DNA from: a virus | Taxonomy: Duplodnaviria > Caudoviricetes | Reading direction: 5' to 3' (one strand) | IMG/VR virus record: IMGVR_UViG_3300009786_000055 | Location: 1 to 29,240 of that record | Length of the DNA: 29,240 nucleotides | In this document: one piece after another, positions 9,032-21,874 of the stretch | Numbering within the stretch: position 1 is the stretch's first letter | How the letters are laid out: every line of letters begins with the position of its first letter | Program-made: the position numbers and the translations under genes | The notes under the pieces: generated by a model | What the model was told of the DNA's origin: nothing | The model's input: the letters and a program-made list of their open reading frames with translations, nothing else | The model's database searches: none

Positions 9032-9993
9032 TGTGTCACCATACGCAGACCCTCTATGGGTGATGGACTTTCCTTTAAATATTTCACCATGTCGTCTGAA
9101 AATGGTTTAAACGAATGGCACATAGCATCCCCCGAAAAAGGGTGTAAAACTACTTCATTAAATCTTTCCCGCCTAAACCAATTCGGGTGCATATGGATTC
9201 CTACTTCGCCAACATATTGACCCCTATTTACAACCGGCGCAAGTCTAACGTAACCGGTGGCGTGCATAGCAAGCGAAGTTATAGCATCCTGCCCCGTGGG
9301 GGGACTTTGCACTACTTTATTACGGGCATGTTCCCAATCGGTATCAACTAAAAACTGATTAGGTTTCCGTGCAACAGAAATAAATTTAGACTTAAACCAC
9401 TTTACAATTTTCTTGTGATCTCGGTCCCAATAATTACAATTCAAATTATCATTTTCAAACTCATATACATACCCCCGAATATCGTTCCAGCATTCGTGCG
9501 TAATTACATAACCCCACCAATTTGATATAAAGGTTGCCCGCACCACACCCAACCATTTTAATTTTTCTTCCTTAGATAAAAAACATTTGTACCACCCCTG
9601 AACCGCGCCTATATTACCGTATCTTTCGCGGCCCCAATTTAAAAGATTAAGACAATACGAAAAATAGGTGTCCGACAAAAGCATATCATCTTCAACGATA
9701 AAAACTTTGTCATAGCCTAGCCGATCAAACAGATGCCGCCTAGCATCTATTATGTTTTTTCCGCACCCCCAATTTTCTTCTCGCCTGATAATAGTAGCTT
9801 GTGGTAGGTACTGAGTAACCGCGTCAACATGCTGCCTCATTATTTTGTTGGCATCCTCCCGTAAAGATCGATCTAAGAATAAAAATATATCCAATTTCTC
9901 AATATCTTTATTACGTGAAATCGTCTGCACAACCTGTTGAAAATAGGCTAGTCGGTCGGACCCTATAAGGGCGATAGCGTCACGATATATCAT
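9028..9993 (-). CDS. GT-A fold glycosyltransferase
   Basis: IALIGSDRL.YF, FLFLD, REENWG...NII, FIVEDD metal-binding motif, NWWG, GEVGIH. Confidence 0.82.
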   Translation of the reverse strand: MIYRDAIALIGSDRLAYFQQVVQTISRNKDIEKLDIFLFLDRSLREDANKIMRQHVDAVTQYLPQATIIRREENWGCGKNIIDARRHLFDRLGYDKVFIVEDDMLLSDTYFSYCLNLLNWGRERYGNIGAVQGWYKCFLSKEEKLKWLGVVRATFISNWWGYVITHECWNDIRGYVYEFENDNLNCNYWDRDHKKIVKWFKSKFISVARKPNQFLVDTDWEHARNKVVQSPPTGQDAITSLAMHATGYVRLAPVVNRGQYVGEVGIHMHPNWFRRERFNEVVLHPFSGDAMCHSFKPFSDDMVKYLKESPSPIEGLRMVTQ

Positions 9994-11249
9994 TGTTTTA
10001 TTAACCCCACCGCGCTAAGTGCTTTTTCTCGCCACAAGTCTCGATATGTTGCGCTCCCGCCGGGATTCCACGTAGCCCACTTAGAAGCGCGTTCGCATTT
10101 AACAGTTACAATATCGCCAGCGGTAAGCGACAAAGTACCGCTAGATTCCTCTGCCCACGGTCCACCCGTTGTGAGTTCATTCCCCGCTACATCGGGACCG
10201 CCTACGGTGCCAGTCGGTCCAGCGTAATTATCAATGGTGGGGTCACCCGTACTAGGCGTCCATGTTGGTTGTGGTTCAAAATTTGTAATCATCGTGGTAT
10301 ATGCGCCGCTGCCAATCTTCGCGCTAATATCCATCGAAACTTTACCCACTGTAATTGTTGCATTGAAAACACCTAAACTAAAACACCCCGCCCACACTTT
10401 TAGTTTATACGTTCCCGTTTCAGCGGCGCGAACCTTTAAAATCATTTGCTGAAGCGGCGCGCCAATCAAAATATCGGCATAAATTCCCGGTCGCCAAAGG
10501 TCTGTAGAATCTGCGGTGTTAGGTCCGGTACTAACCGCTAAAAAAGTTGTTGGTTGATCTTGCACATAAGAAGGGGCGTCTACTTCGATTGCAAATCCCG
10601 AATCAAACGTAGTACCCGAAAACGTACCGCTTGCCGCAACGGTAGAAGTTTTTGTACCTAAATTCCAAATAGGACCGCCGCTGCAACACCCCGCAAACGA
10701 CACATCGTTATCGTCGCTTCCGCTGTTTCCAATATGGTAAACGCCGTAATTATCTTTCGCCGGCAAGCTGGTTCGGTCGGTACCACCGGGACCAACTAGA
10801 TTATGATGGAAAATCGTATATCGACCGCATGACGAAGAACCTACCGCATAGTCCACTTTAATTTTGCCGGTCATCAATCGAGTTAGAAATAATCGGGCGT
10901 CCCAATCGCAATCGCCGGCATCTTCTAGCTTTACTCTGTATTGACATTTTGGGTGTCCGTAGGAACCGCTGGTGCATAAATCCGGTCCCGCTTCTTCGAT
11001 GACTCGGTAAGCATACGATGGTGAGCTACACCCACCGCCAAGATTCGCGGTTGATTGCGGTTTTAGAAAGTACATCGAAGGGCCGGCACCACCGCTTAAC
11101 GAAGAAACAGTCCTAATGTACCATTCGTTATAATTCAAATCTGCAAACGCCGTAGGCGAACCATACGTGCCATTTCCAGATTCAGGGCACGCACCTTCTG
11201 GGCACTCGCATAAGCAACCAGTAACCGGGTCGATTCGTAACGTGCCCAT
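9990..11249 (-). CDS. Cys/Gly/Thr-rich virion tail protein (possible fibre or receptor-binding protein), 419 aa
   Basis: Beta-rich composition, 13 Cys, located in the tail cluster after the tape measure. Confidence 0.5.
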   Translation of the reverse strand: MGTLRIDPVTGCLCECPEGACPESGNGTYGSPTAFADLNYNEWYIRTVSSLSGGAGPSMYFLKPQSTANLGGGCSSPSYAYRVIEEAGPDLCTSGSYGHPKCQYRVKLEDAGDCDWDARLFLTRLMTGKIKVDYAVGSSSCGRYTIFHHNLVGPGGTDRTSLPAKDNYGVYHIGNSGSDDNDVSFAGCCSGGPIWNLGTKTSTVAASGTFSGTTFDSGFAIEVDAPSYVQDQPTTFLAVSTGPNTADSTDLWRPGIYADILIGAPLQQMILKVRAAETGTYKLKVWAGCFSLGVFNATITVGKVSMDISAKIGSGAYTTMITNFEPQPTWTPSTGDPTIDNYAGPTGTVGGPDVAGNELTTGGPWAEESSGTLSLTAGDIVTVKCERASKWATWNPGGSATYRDLWREKALSAVGLIKQ

Positions 11250-11258
11250 AGCTTACCT

Positions 11259-12341
11259 TTAACAAGAAATTGGCATCCACTGGGGAGTACCACCGCTAGT
11301 TACCAGCGCATACAAACCGATGCTAGGTAGCAACAAAAAGGGAGATGCCTGAAGTGGGTCATAGCTGGGCGCCACGCAGTCCACCGTCATTTCTTTTTCA
11401 AATCTACATTCAAAAGTAGCAGCAGTGGGTAGGTAACTAAAATTTACAGTGTAAACCAATTTAAACGTAAACTGCTCAGCATCGCTACCATCCCCCGTGG
11501 TTGATAAGATACATTGTTTTTTAAAAGGTTCTCCCATAGACGCCAACACCGAAACTTTATCTTGGATACCCTCACCACCCTCTATGGTAAATTCTGCGGA
11601 TTCCACTGAAGCTAGTGTATTTCCTCGATCATCTTTTTTAACCCAATCCACTTCCGCATTGAATGTTTGAAAATCACTCATGCACTTCATTTTTTCTGGA
11701 CCCGTGACCTCTAACTTAACATCGATTTCTTTACAACACGTATCACCTTCGTCGTTAGGCTTGGGGGCATCTTGCGGGCAATAATTAAAACACCGAACGG
11801 GTGACGCTTGAGTAGAAAAACCTAACCCACCCTTCGCAGTAACCCGCCAGCATATTCGCTGACCGTGTGCAATGTCGCGCCCAATATTTAGCATGTAAGA
11901 AGTTTCCGGCGCGTCAACTCTTGCCGAACCACCACCCTGGGGTCTTAGATTGCGTACAGTACCGCTAAAGGGGCTGTGCGTCGAAAATTGAACAATATAT
12001 TTACTCGCACCTTCTACCGCTTTCCATTTTAAAGCCACCTCAGCCGGGCCACCCGGTTCTACGTCTGCGCCGCAAGGAGGACACGCACCGCCACCGCCGC
12101 CACCGCCGCCACCGCCACCTCCTCCACCGCCGCCGCCGCTGTCGCCACCGCGATCTTTTTGGCCATCGTCACCGTATCCGTAGGTCGTCGATGGCTCCTG
12201 GGTTTCCGGTGCGGGGTCTACCTCATCAACATCCGCATCGTCACACGATGTGCGCAAAAGATAATCAGTACGCCACCGCTTAGTTGGAAATTCAAAGTAA
12301 GCGTACAGCGATTGAATTACAAAAGATGTATAGTTTCCCAT
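11259..12341 (-). CDS. Tail protein with 17-Gly linker, FN3-like and Ig-like domains, 360 aa
   Basis: LKWKAVEGASKYIVQFS...WRVTA is an FN3 signature; poly-Gly run; 13 Cys. Confidence 0.6.
   Translation of the reverse strand: MGNYTSFVIQSLYAYFEFPTKRWRTDYLLRTSCDDADVDEVDPAPETQEPSTTYGYGDDGQKDRGGDSGGGGGGGGGGGGGGGGGACPPCGADVEPGGPAEVALKWKAVEGASKYIVQFSTHSPFSGTVRNLRPQGGGSARVDAPETSYMLNIGRDIAHGQRICWRVTAKGGLGFSTQASPVRCFNYCPQDAPKPNDEGDTCCKEIDVKLEVTGPEKMKCMSDFQTFNAEVDWVKKDDRGNTLASVESAEFTIEGGEGIQDKVSVLASMGEPFKKQCILSTTGDGSDAEQFTFKLVYTVNFSYLPTAATFECRFEKEMTVDCVAPSYDPLQASPFLLLPSIGLYALVTSGGTPQWMPISC
12087..12137 (-). repeat. GGN triplet repeat encoding 17 consecutive Gly
   Basis: Read directly; mixed GGC/GGT/GGA codons. 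Confidence 0.95.
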
Positions 12342-12344
12342 TGT

Positions 12345-12722
12345 TTAGCTACAAGTTGCGGAGGTTAAAGAAATGATAGACATGATACGAAACTGACCCG
12401 ACATATCGAACGTGCGCCCCTTCACCGTGGGTTGATTAAGTTGCCAAAACAAAACCGTGTAGGCATCTCCCCAATAACCCGTAAAAGAATATAAAGATGG
12501 CGTAGACGTATAATATAAATCAGATAAAGTCTGCCACTCTGAAGGGTAACCCGCATCGATATTCCAATCTATAAAATCGTCCCCCGCAATATATTGGGGA
12601 TTCGACGTTTGCACCACTACCGCATTTGCGGTTTGCGTCACAGTTTGGCGCTTACCCGCAGCATACGGTCGATATGAAAATTGAGGTGGCAAGTTTGAAC
12701 CATTTAATACAGCAAATCCCAT
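12345..12722 (-). CDS. Distal tail protein (Dit-like), 125 aa
   Basis: Immediately follows the tape measure; size and aromatic beta-rich pattern fit a minimal Dit. Confidence 0.6.
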   Translation of the reverse strand: MGFAVLNGSNLPPQFSYRPYAAGKRQTVTQTANAVVVQTSNPQYIAGDDFIDWNIDAGYPSEWQTLSDLYYTSTPSLYSFTGYWGDAYTVLFWQLNQPTVKGRTFDMSGQFRIMSIISLTSATCS

Positions 12723-12724
12723 TG

Positions 12725-16579
<3,855 letters not shown>

Positions 16580-16585
16580 CCTTGA

Positions 16586-16945
16586 CTATTCCTTAGTGTA
16601 CAAAAACCCTTCGGGGATACGTACAGGCTTCTTTGTTTTACGTTCTTTTTCGGGTGGGGTTATATCGCGTACAAAAGTTTTTACGTCCTTTTGATCGCCC
16701 TGTGAAACGCGCATCATTGTTAGCCATAATACTGTCTTTGCATACTCTCTATTTCGTAGCGCTTCCGAATAATTCCTTAGTTGGTAAAGGGTACATTTTA
16801 AGATCGTTTTGGAAGTCCACCCGTATTCGCTGGCGAATCGGTCAACGAGTTCTGCGATGTGTTCACCGATTGACTGGTGGTCAAATTGTCCCCGAATAGA
16901 TTTTTTGGCACCAGTTGGGTAAAAAGGTCTTTTAGTTCCTCCCAA
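16586..16945 (-). CDS. Tail assembly chaperone, T part (probably reached by -1 frameshift)
   Basis: In the -1 frame, overlapping the upstream ORF by 148 nt; directly before the tape measure; FASEYGWT..TIL..TLYQL is typical of gpT-like segments; only a TTG start. Confidence 0.75.
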   Translation of the reverse strand: MGGTKRPFYPTGAKKSIRGQFDHQSIGEHIAELVDRFASEYGWTSKTILKCTLYQLRNYSEALRNREYAKTVLWLTMMRVSQGDQKDVKTFVRDITPPEKERKTKKPVRIPEGFLYTKE

Positions 16946-17301
16946 TCCGCTACTTCTTTGAAAGCATTAGCCCAACGCAGCCAATCACCTACGCCTAAAT
17001 TTTCAAACTCGGCGGGTTCACGGTTAGTAGTAGCCGCAGCGACTAACCTAATTGCTCGAGAAGTTGCGGGAGTTTTCATAAGCGAAACAATAACGCCCAT
17101 ACCATCAGATGTGTCACTGGCGGTACTTGGGTCTTGAAGTGCTTGCAGCACTTCAGATAACTCCTGGCTAAGTATTAACACATCTTCTAAAGATAGTTCC
17201 CGTACCGTAACACCACCTAGTCTTTTTAGTGTGATTTGTTTCCCACTATTAACTATTCTCGTGGCTTGTTCGGTAACTTTGTTTGTCGTAGTGGTAGTCA
17301 T
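16798..17301 (-). CDS. Tail assembly chaperone, G part, 167 aa
   Basis: VTVRELSL motif, position upstream of the tape measure, slippery site near its 3' end. Confidence 0.75.
   Translation of the reverse strand: MTTTTTNKVTEQATRIVNSGKQITLKRLGGVTVRELSLEDVLILSQELSEVLQALQDPSTASDTSDGMGVIVSLMKTPATSRAIRLVAAATTNREPAEFENLGVGDWLRWANAFKEVADWEELKDLFTQLVPKNLFGDNLTTSQSVNTSQNSLTDSPANTGGLPKRS
16900..16906 (-). other. Candidate -1 ribosomal frameshift heptamer A AAA AAT
   Basis: GTG CCA AAA AAT in the G frame fits X XXY YYZ and enters the T frame; alternative site C CTT TTT at 16927-16921. Confidence 0.65.
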
Positions 17302-17642
17302 TACTTTTTCTTTCCTCTTGCTCTAAGGCTATCGTGTAGCATATCCCGCAAAGTTTCCTGCTGTTGACAATACTTTTTTGGTTCTACTCTTGTATCACCG
17401 TTTGCATAATCAATAATTAGCTTTGCTAGATTGCGTTCATCCAAGGGGAGCAGGAACACAAAAAATATGGTTGTCCCTCTCCCTGTTTTACCTTCAAGCC
17501 GCTCTAACTTTGCATCACATTGACACCAAATAAAAGCCGCTTGGTCTATATCTTTTGTTCTAAATTGAGAGCTAACAATAAGTTCATTCTCAATTTCTTG
17601 TTTGGCCCCCGTAGGGGGTGGGGTTTCTTGCATCGTATCCAT
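17301..17642 (-). CDS. Hypothetical phage protein, 113 aa (DUF5659-like pattern)
   Basis: FRTKDIDQAAFIW...IFFVF...YANGDTRVEPKKY...LRD; stop overlaps the chaperone start. Confidence 0.55.
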   Translation of the reverse strand: MDTMQETPPPTGAKQEIENELIVSSQFRTKDIDQAAFIWCQCDAKLERLEGKTGRGTTIFFVFLLPLDERNLAKLIIDYANGDTRVEPKKYCQQQETLRDMLHDSLRARGKKK

Positions 17643-17672
17643 ACTTTACTTTCCGTAACAATCGTAACCAGT

Positions 17673-18056
17673 TTAGATTACATCGGCATAAGGAATAGCG
17701 GCAGTGATTGGAGCAACCGTTAAACTAGTGGTAACAACCGAAGGCGTGTCCACGGCGAGGCCAGAAAAAGTCCACGCTAATTGATTACCACCGTTACCGG
17801 GGAGCGCACCGGGGCGAAGATCGGAACCACCGAAAGTATCGGTAGGGTCGTTACCCACCACTACGCTATTTGTAACAAGCTGCGCAGAATTAGTAACAAG
17901 CCATTGGTCGATACCGTCCAGAAGTGCCGCACGAATCAACTTTGTGGTTGTAAGCAAACCAACATTCGTCCCACTCAAAGTGAATGTCACGTTATCCGGC
18001 GTGCCTGAGAAAGACGGAGTAACTGTTAAGCTACCAATAGGGTATGTGTTACCCAT
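17673..18056 (-). CDS. Hypothetical protein, probably virion-associated, 127 aa
   Basis: CAGGAG RBS; Thr/Gly/Val-rich; within tail genes. Confidence 0.65.
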   Translation of the reverse strand: MGNTYPIGSLTVTPSFSGTPDNVTFTLSGTNVGLLTTTKLIRAALLDGIDQWLVTNSAQLVTNSVVVGNDPTDTFGGSDLRPGALPGNGGNQLAWTFSGLAVDTPSVVTTSLTVAPITAAIPYADVI

Positions 18057-18084
18057 AATAAAAATCTCCTGTAAAAAAAATCAT

Positions 18085-18100
18085 GTGCAGACGTATGCAC
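18085..18100. promoter_or_regulatory. Palindromic site copy 2, GTGCAGACGTATGCAC
   Basis: Intergenic; 18084-18101 matches the reverse complement of 26758-26775 at 17 of 18 nt. Followed on the minus strand by a T8 run, so it could also act as a weak terminator. Confidence 0.6.
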
Positions 18101-18105
18101 CTTGT

Positions 18106-18330
18106 TTACAATGCCCCTTCACGGAGCAACCTAAGAGCATCGTGTCTAACTCGCTTACGAGAAATCCACTGTCGTTTTAAAGCAGCTTGCAGCGATACCA
18201 AAACAGCCTTTAGCTGCGAGCTTCCTCGGCGTTCACCCGGTATCCTAAAAGTGTGTACCTCGGCATTGGTATTGATTCCCAAAGAAGTCAACTCAATATC
18301 AACAAAACTACCAAGTTCAGAACTAGCCAT
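18106..18330 (-). CDS. Hypothetical protein, 74 aa
   Basis: Strong AAGGAG RBS; follows the tail tube gene. Confidence 0.75.
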   Translation of the reverse strand: MASSELGSFVDIELTSLGINTNAEVHTFRIPGERRGSSQLKAVLVSLQAALKRQWISRKRVRHDALRLLREGAL

Positions 18331-18343
18331 TTTGTCTCCTTTC

Positions 18344-18823
18344 TTATGAGTCTACAATATTACCAAATGATCCACCTGATTTTAGGCACTCAAATTCTAC
18401 CTCAAACGCGGTTTCTTCTTCTCGTGTCATGTTATACTCTTTGGAATTAAGAGTTGTGACTTTGTTAAAAGTAAATGTTCGCGTACCACATCCCGGCGAC
18501 TTGCCGGAAAGAACTAGCAGACTCTCCTCGACCCAACAGGCATCTGAATAACCTAAAGTTAGGTGGGTACTTCCCGACAATTGCGCATGAGGTATCATAA
18601 ATGCCATACGAAGTTGTGAGAGAGTAATTTCAAGGAGTGTAGTTACAACGTACATACGCTCGGCGGTTCGTGACTTACGAACAACACCTAATTCTTGATC
18701 GGCGAAAATGTCCCGCACTTCTGGTTCGTATCGAATCGTAGTTCCACCCATTGTGTAACCCACATCCGAACCATTAACGGTTACAGTCGCCGCACCAATT
18801 ATAATATTGGTTGACGTTCCCAT
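18344..18823 (-). CDS. Major tail (tube) protein, 159 aa
   Basis: IIIGAATVTV...VGYTMGG...ADQ..G...TTLLEITL..L pattern of siphovirus tail tube proteins; GGAG RBS; follows the terminator-protein gene. Confidence 0.85.
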   Translation of the reverse strand: MGTSTNIIIGAATVTVNGSDVGYTMGGTTIRYEPEVRDIFADQELGVVRKSRTAERMYVVTTLLEITLSQLRMAFMIPHAQLSGSTHLTLGYSDACWVEESLLVLSGKSPGCGTRTFTFNKVTTLNSKEYNMTREEETAFEVEFECLKSGGSFGNIVDS

Positions 18824-18844
18824 TAGAAAAACTCCATTTGATTT

Positions 18845-19321
18845 TTAGGGGGTAGGACAAGGCGACGATGCCCAAATAACATCGGCCTCTACAAAAATGT
18901 TCCATACTTCCGTGTCGTTGTCTAATTCAGGCTCGCTTCGCTCTTTTAGCCTTGATGATCGTGTGCTTACTTCCCCCACCAATGATCCCGAAAAATCATA
19001 ATACGATTTATTTGTGCCTGATTCATCATCAAGCAAAACTTCGATTCTATCCGCTATATCAAATGCGGTCAATTCAGTTCTGGCGTACACGTTAAAACGA
19101 AGTCGCGCAGTCTGGATAAAAGTTGCATTTTCATTGATAGGCGTAGAGGCTGTGATAGATACGCCAAGATAGGGCGTGTTATCTTTTCGAGGTGCAAAAT
19201 TACGCCCTATTCGGATACGATTTGCGCGGTGCTTTGTCAACTCAACCAAACGGTCTGCGCCACCGGTATCGGTGCGTAATTTTTCTACAACTTGCTTTAT
19301 TAACTGTTTTTGCTTCCCCAT
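18845..19321 (-). CDS. Tail terminator / completion protein
   Basis: TPYL..., RLRFNVYART..AFDIADRIEVLL; canonical position before the tube gene. Confidence 0.75.
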   Translation of the reverse strand: MGKQKQLIKQVVEKLRTDTGGADRLVELTKHRANRIRIGRNFAPRKDNTPYLGVSITASTPINENATFIQTARLRFNVYARTELTAFDIADRIEVLLDDESGTNKSYYDFSGSLVGEVSTRSSRLKERSEPELDNDTEVWNIFVEADVIWASSPCPTP

Positions 19322-19324
19322 TTA

Positions 19325-19885
19325 TTAACCCTCGGTACCGTGTTTCTTTTTCATTGAAGCTCGAATACGCTTAAAAGTTCCCTTCCAAAATTTATTTTTA
19401 TTTGCCTTCCACGTAGGCATCAAAAACGGGTGCGCCTTGTTACCCTCGCGTTCAATAGTGTCTGCGGCTGCCTGCGCTAAAGCAATCGCTTGTGCCTCCG
19501 CATCATCACCCCTTTCACCTTTAAGAATAGTGCGGTGCATATACAAAATTAAGTTTGTAAATTCTGACCTACTGACGGATCGAGGTTTTGACCCCTCCTC
19601 TACATATATGCCATAGGCTACCCCAAAAGAGCCAAACTGAATTGTAGGTAAGCCTTCGGCTTCGGTGGCTACTTTAGAACGTACCGCTAATTTTTGTCTC
19701 AAAGCACCACTATAAATAGTTTTGTTCTTTCGTAGTAATTGTTGGCCGTAAGGGCGTAGCACCGCAAATCCCGTGGTGTACATCGCAGCGCCTACTATTT
19801 TGGGAACGTCCAGCGACAATTTAAATATTGCTTTCTCAACTCTGGACTTATTCAACGTCACCGTGATGCCACTACTTAAAGCCAT
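19325..19885 (-). CDS. HK97 gp10-like neck / tail completion protein
   Basis: SGALR, YGIYVEEGS and AHPFLMP motifs. Confidence 0.8.
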   Translation of the reverse strand: MALSSGITVTLNKSRVEKAIFKLSLDVPKIVGAAMYTTGFAVLRPYGQQLLRKNKTIYSGALRQKLAVRSKVATEAEGLPTIQFGSFGVAYGIYVEEGSKPRSVSRSEFTNLILYMHRTILKGERGDDAEAQAIALAQAAADTIEREGNKAHPFLMPTWKANKNKFWKGTFKRIRASMKKKHGTEG

Positions 19886-20569
19886 TCATTCGTCCTCGTT
19901 GTCGATTTGGTCTAATTCCATAATTAAACTTGTATGGTGGAGTCCTCCACGATCATCTTTAACGTGCCGAAAAAACACAATACGATAATCGCGGATAGCT
20001 CCGGTTTGTGAAGTAACCGAATAGGCACCACCGGTCACCGTAGTAACCCAATTCAAATTAAAAATGTTATGATGCTGTTCATAATCGGTACTAAAATTAT
20101 AAGTGGTTCCGGCAACCGTATCTATGAATCTCCAATTTGAACCTGCCCAATGAACCGTGTAAATATTTGCGGGGTCGTTGTTTGCATTCGCATCACTATA
20201 TTTTGAATCGGCATGATACCAAATTAAAGTTTTAGCCCCCGCAGGTGTACCAATCACAACCTTCGGCGGAAACTCCCCCGGTAAACCTCCCGCCGTTTCG
20301 ATGTTAGGATAAGTACCCCACGGAACAACTATAAAATCAGTACGTTCCACCCCCCGCGATACTTCTAGGGCCACGTTCCAATACCGACCGCTGGCCGATC
20401 CAAAAGCCTCGCGCTCGTCTTTGTCCGACATAGTGGTAATGCGACATTTTCGGCTAGAATAAACAGTGCTATTGGTAAGCGTTATTCCACCAAAACCATC
20501 ATCACTTTCTATCTTCCGAACAACAGAAATGTTTTGATTAAATTCACGGATCGGAATACGCGATTTCAC
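19886..20569 (-). CDS. Head closure (stopper, SPP1 gp16-like) protein with an internal insertion
   Basis: ISVVR...DDGFGG, TDFIVV, then YRIV...DDRGGLHH; position after the connector. Confidence 0.7.
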   Translation of the reverse strand: MKSRIPIREFNQNISVVRKIESDDGFGGITLTNSTVYSSRKCRITTMSDKDEREAFGSASGRYWNVALEVSRGVERTDFIVVPWGTYPNIETAGGLPGEFPPKVVIGTPAGAKTLIWYHADSKYSDANANNDPANIYTVHWAGSNWRFIDTVAGTTYNFSTDYEQHHNIFNLNWVTTVTGGAYSVTSQTGAIRDYRIVFFRHVKDDRGGLHHTSLIMELDQIDNEDE

Positions 20570-21267
20570 AATGCGCCCCCTCCGCTATCATGCTCGGTAG
20601 GAACCACTAAGAACAAATCGATGTCGTTGTAATGTCTACGCAAAAGCCGATCAACTTCAACTAGCCCAGTTTCTTGACCACTAACAATCCCAGAACCGGA
20701 TTTAAACGTAACCTGAAAATCACCCCACCCCGACTGCATAATTTCAGAGGGGGTCTGATTTGTTGATCCCGGTTTTAGCCGTTCCAAAGTTAAAAGAATA
20801 GTTGCTCGTTTTATATCGGCAGGGACCGCAGAATGACCCCAAGCACCTATGATCTGAATATTTTTTTGACCTTTAGGCCAACGTCCCCCCGTACCAAATC
20901 GCCGGCGAGGTGTATCACCGCTAAAACTTCGGGCGGTTTCAAGATAAAACGGATACGCTTTATAGTCGGTATTTTCAACAAAGGTGTCCAGTACAGTTGA
21001 GCCATCTAAATCTAATTCTTTTACGGATGTGATGGTTAATAATCTCGCTTTAACCTTTGGAGAGAAAAATAGCTTTACATTTCCCAAACCATCAAAATAA
21101 TGAGTTGCATTTTTTGAGTAAAAAATGTCCTCGCAAATTTCATCGATCATAGCTTCGGCAAAAACTATCTCGGCAGTAATTTCTGCGGCAGTGTATTGCG
21201 TGAGATCAATTGTAGACCCATCGATTTTGAATCCTGTAATGTCTGCATTAACTGCATAATTTCCCAT
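20566..21267 (-). CDS. Head-tail connector (adaptor; HK97 gp6 / SPP1 gp15-like)
   Basis: YA...DI, AEAMIDEIC, WPKGQKNIQI.GAWG..AVPADIKRATI, EVDRLLRRH. Confidence 0.8.
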   Translation of the reverse strand: MGNYAVNADITGFKIDGSTIDLTQYTAAEITAEIVFAEAMIDEICEDIFYSKNATHYFDGLGNVKLFFSPKVKARLLTITSVKELDLDGSTVLDTFVENTDYKAYPFYLETARSFSGDTPRRRFGTGGRWPKGQKNIQIIGAWGHSAVPADIKRATILLTLERLKPGSTNQTPSEIMQSGWGDFQVTFKSGSGIVSGQETGLVEVDRLLRRHYNDIDLFLVVPTEHDSGGGAL

Positions 21268-21276
21268 GGTGTCCCC

Positions 21277-21564
21277 TTAGTGTCCTAGTTCTTCAACTGT
21301 CCAATGCGAACGATGCAGCATTACTTCAAATGGCGCGGGGCAATTACAACGCAACGCGTGCCTTGCCCTATGACAATCTTCCTCTGAGCCAGCGTCTAAA
21401 ATGTATTCCTTACCAACCGTAGTTAAACCTTCAATCTCTACGTTAGGAATCGCTGCATCGCTAGACACCGAATACAACCTGCCTATCATTTCGTCAAACT
21501 GACTAAGCAAGCCACTAGAGTTTTCATCGTAAACCCTAAGAGTACATTTGATCTGGTGAGACAT
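21277..21564 (-). CDS. Hypothetical protein, 95 aa
   Basis: Tightly packed ORF in the operon; no recognisable motif. Confidence 0.65.
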   Translation of the reverse strand: MSHQIKCTLRVYDENSSGLLSQFDEMIGRLYSVSSDAAIPNVEIEGLTTVGKEYILDAGSEEDCHRARHALRCNCPAPFEVMLHRSHWTVEELGH

Positions 21565-21567
21565 TTT

Positions 21568-21870
21568 TTATGTTTCCAGTGTGTGAACGTATGCGGAGCC
21601 ACTACTCGAAAGACGCTTTGCAGTGATCTTTTTTATACCTCGCGGTCGTATGGTAAAAACTGCGTAGCTTACAAGTTGGGAACCATAGCCAATCATCCCA
21701 AGTTTCACATATTCGCCACTGGCATGTAGACCGTCAACGTGAACGTGTAAGTCTTGGCCCGGCCCAAATGTGCCGTTCATAATAAACACAGATGAAGCAC
21801 CTTGGGAATCTTCCCATATAACTGTCTCGGTTGTCGATACGGAAATGTCACCCGCACTGAATGTTGCCAT
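21568..21870 (-). CDS. Small beta-rich protein, paralog 3 (possible capsid decoration)
   Basis: Shares G.H and FT(I/L).P.GIK motifs with the two upstream ORFs. Confidence 0.7.
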   Translation of the reverse strand: MATFSAGDISVSTTETVIWEDSQGASSVFIMNGTFGPGQDLHVHVDGLHASGEYVKLGMIGYGSQLVSYAVFTIRPRGIKKITAKRLSSSGSAYVHTLET

Positions 21871-21874
21871 TTTA

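Noticed and set aside
6962-9993. DNA hypermodification role for the glycosyltransferases
   Set aside because: Not excluded but disfavoured: no base hydroxymethylase or TET/JBP gene in the window, and the GTs are translationally coupled to tail genes rather than to replication genes.
4452-12341. Diversity-generating retroelement acting on tail genes
   Set aside because: No reverse transcriptase and no template/variable repeat pair seen in the window.
17643-17672. GTTACG direct repeat upstream of the 113-aa gene
   Set aside because: Only two 6-mers; compatible with chance.
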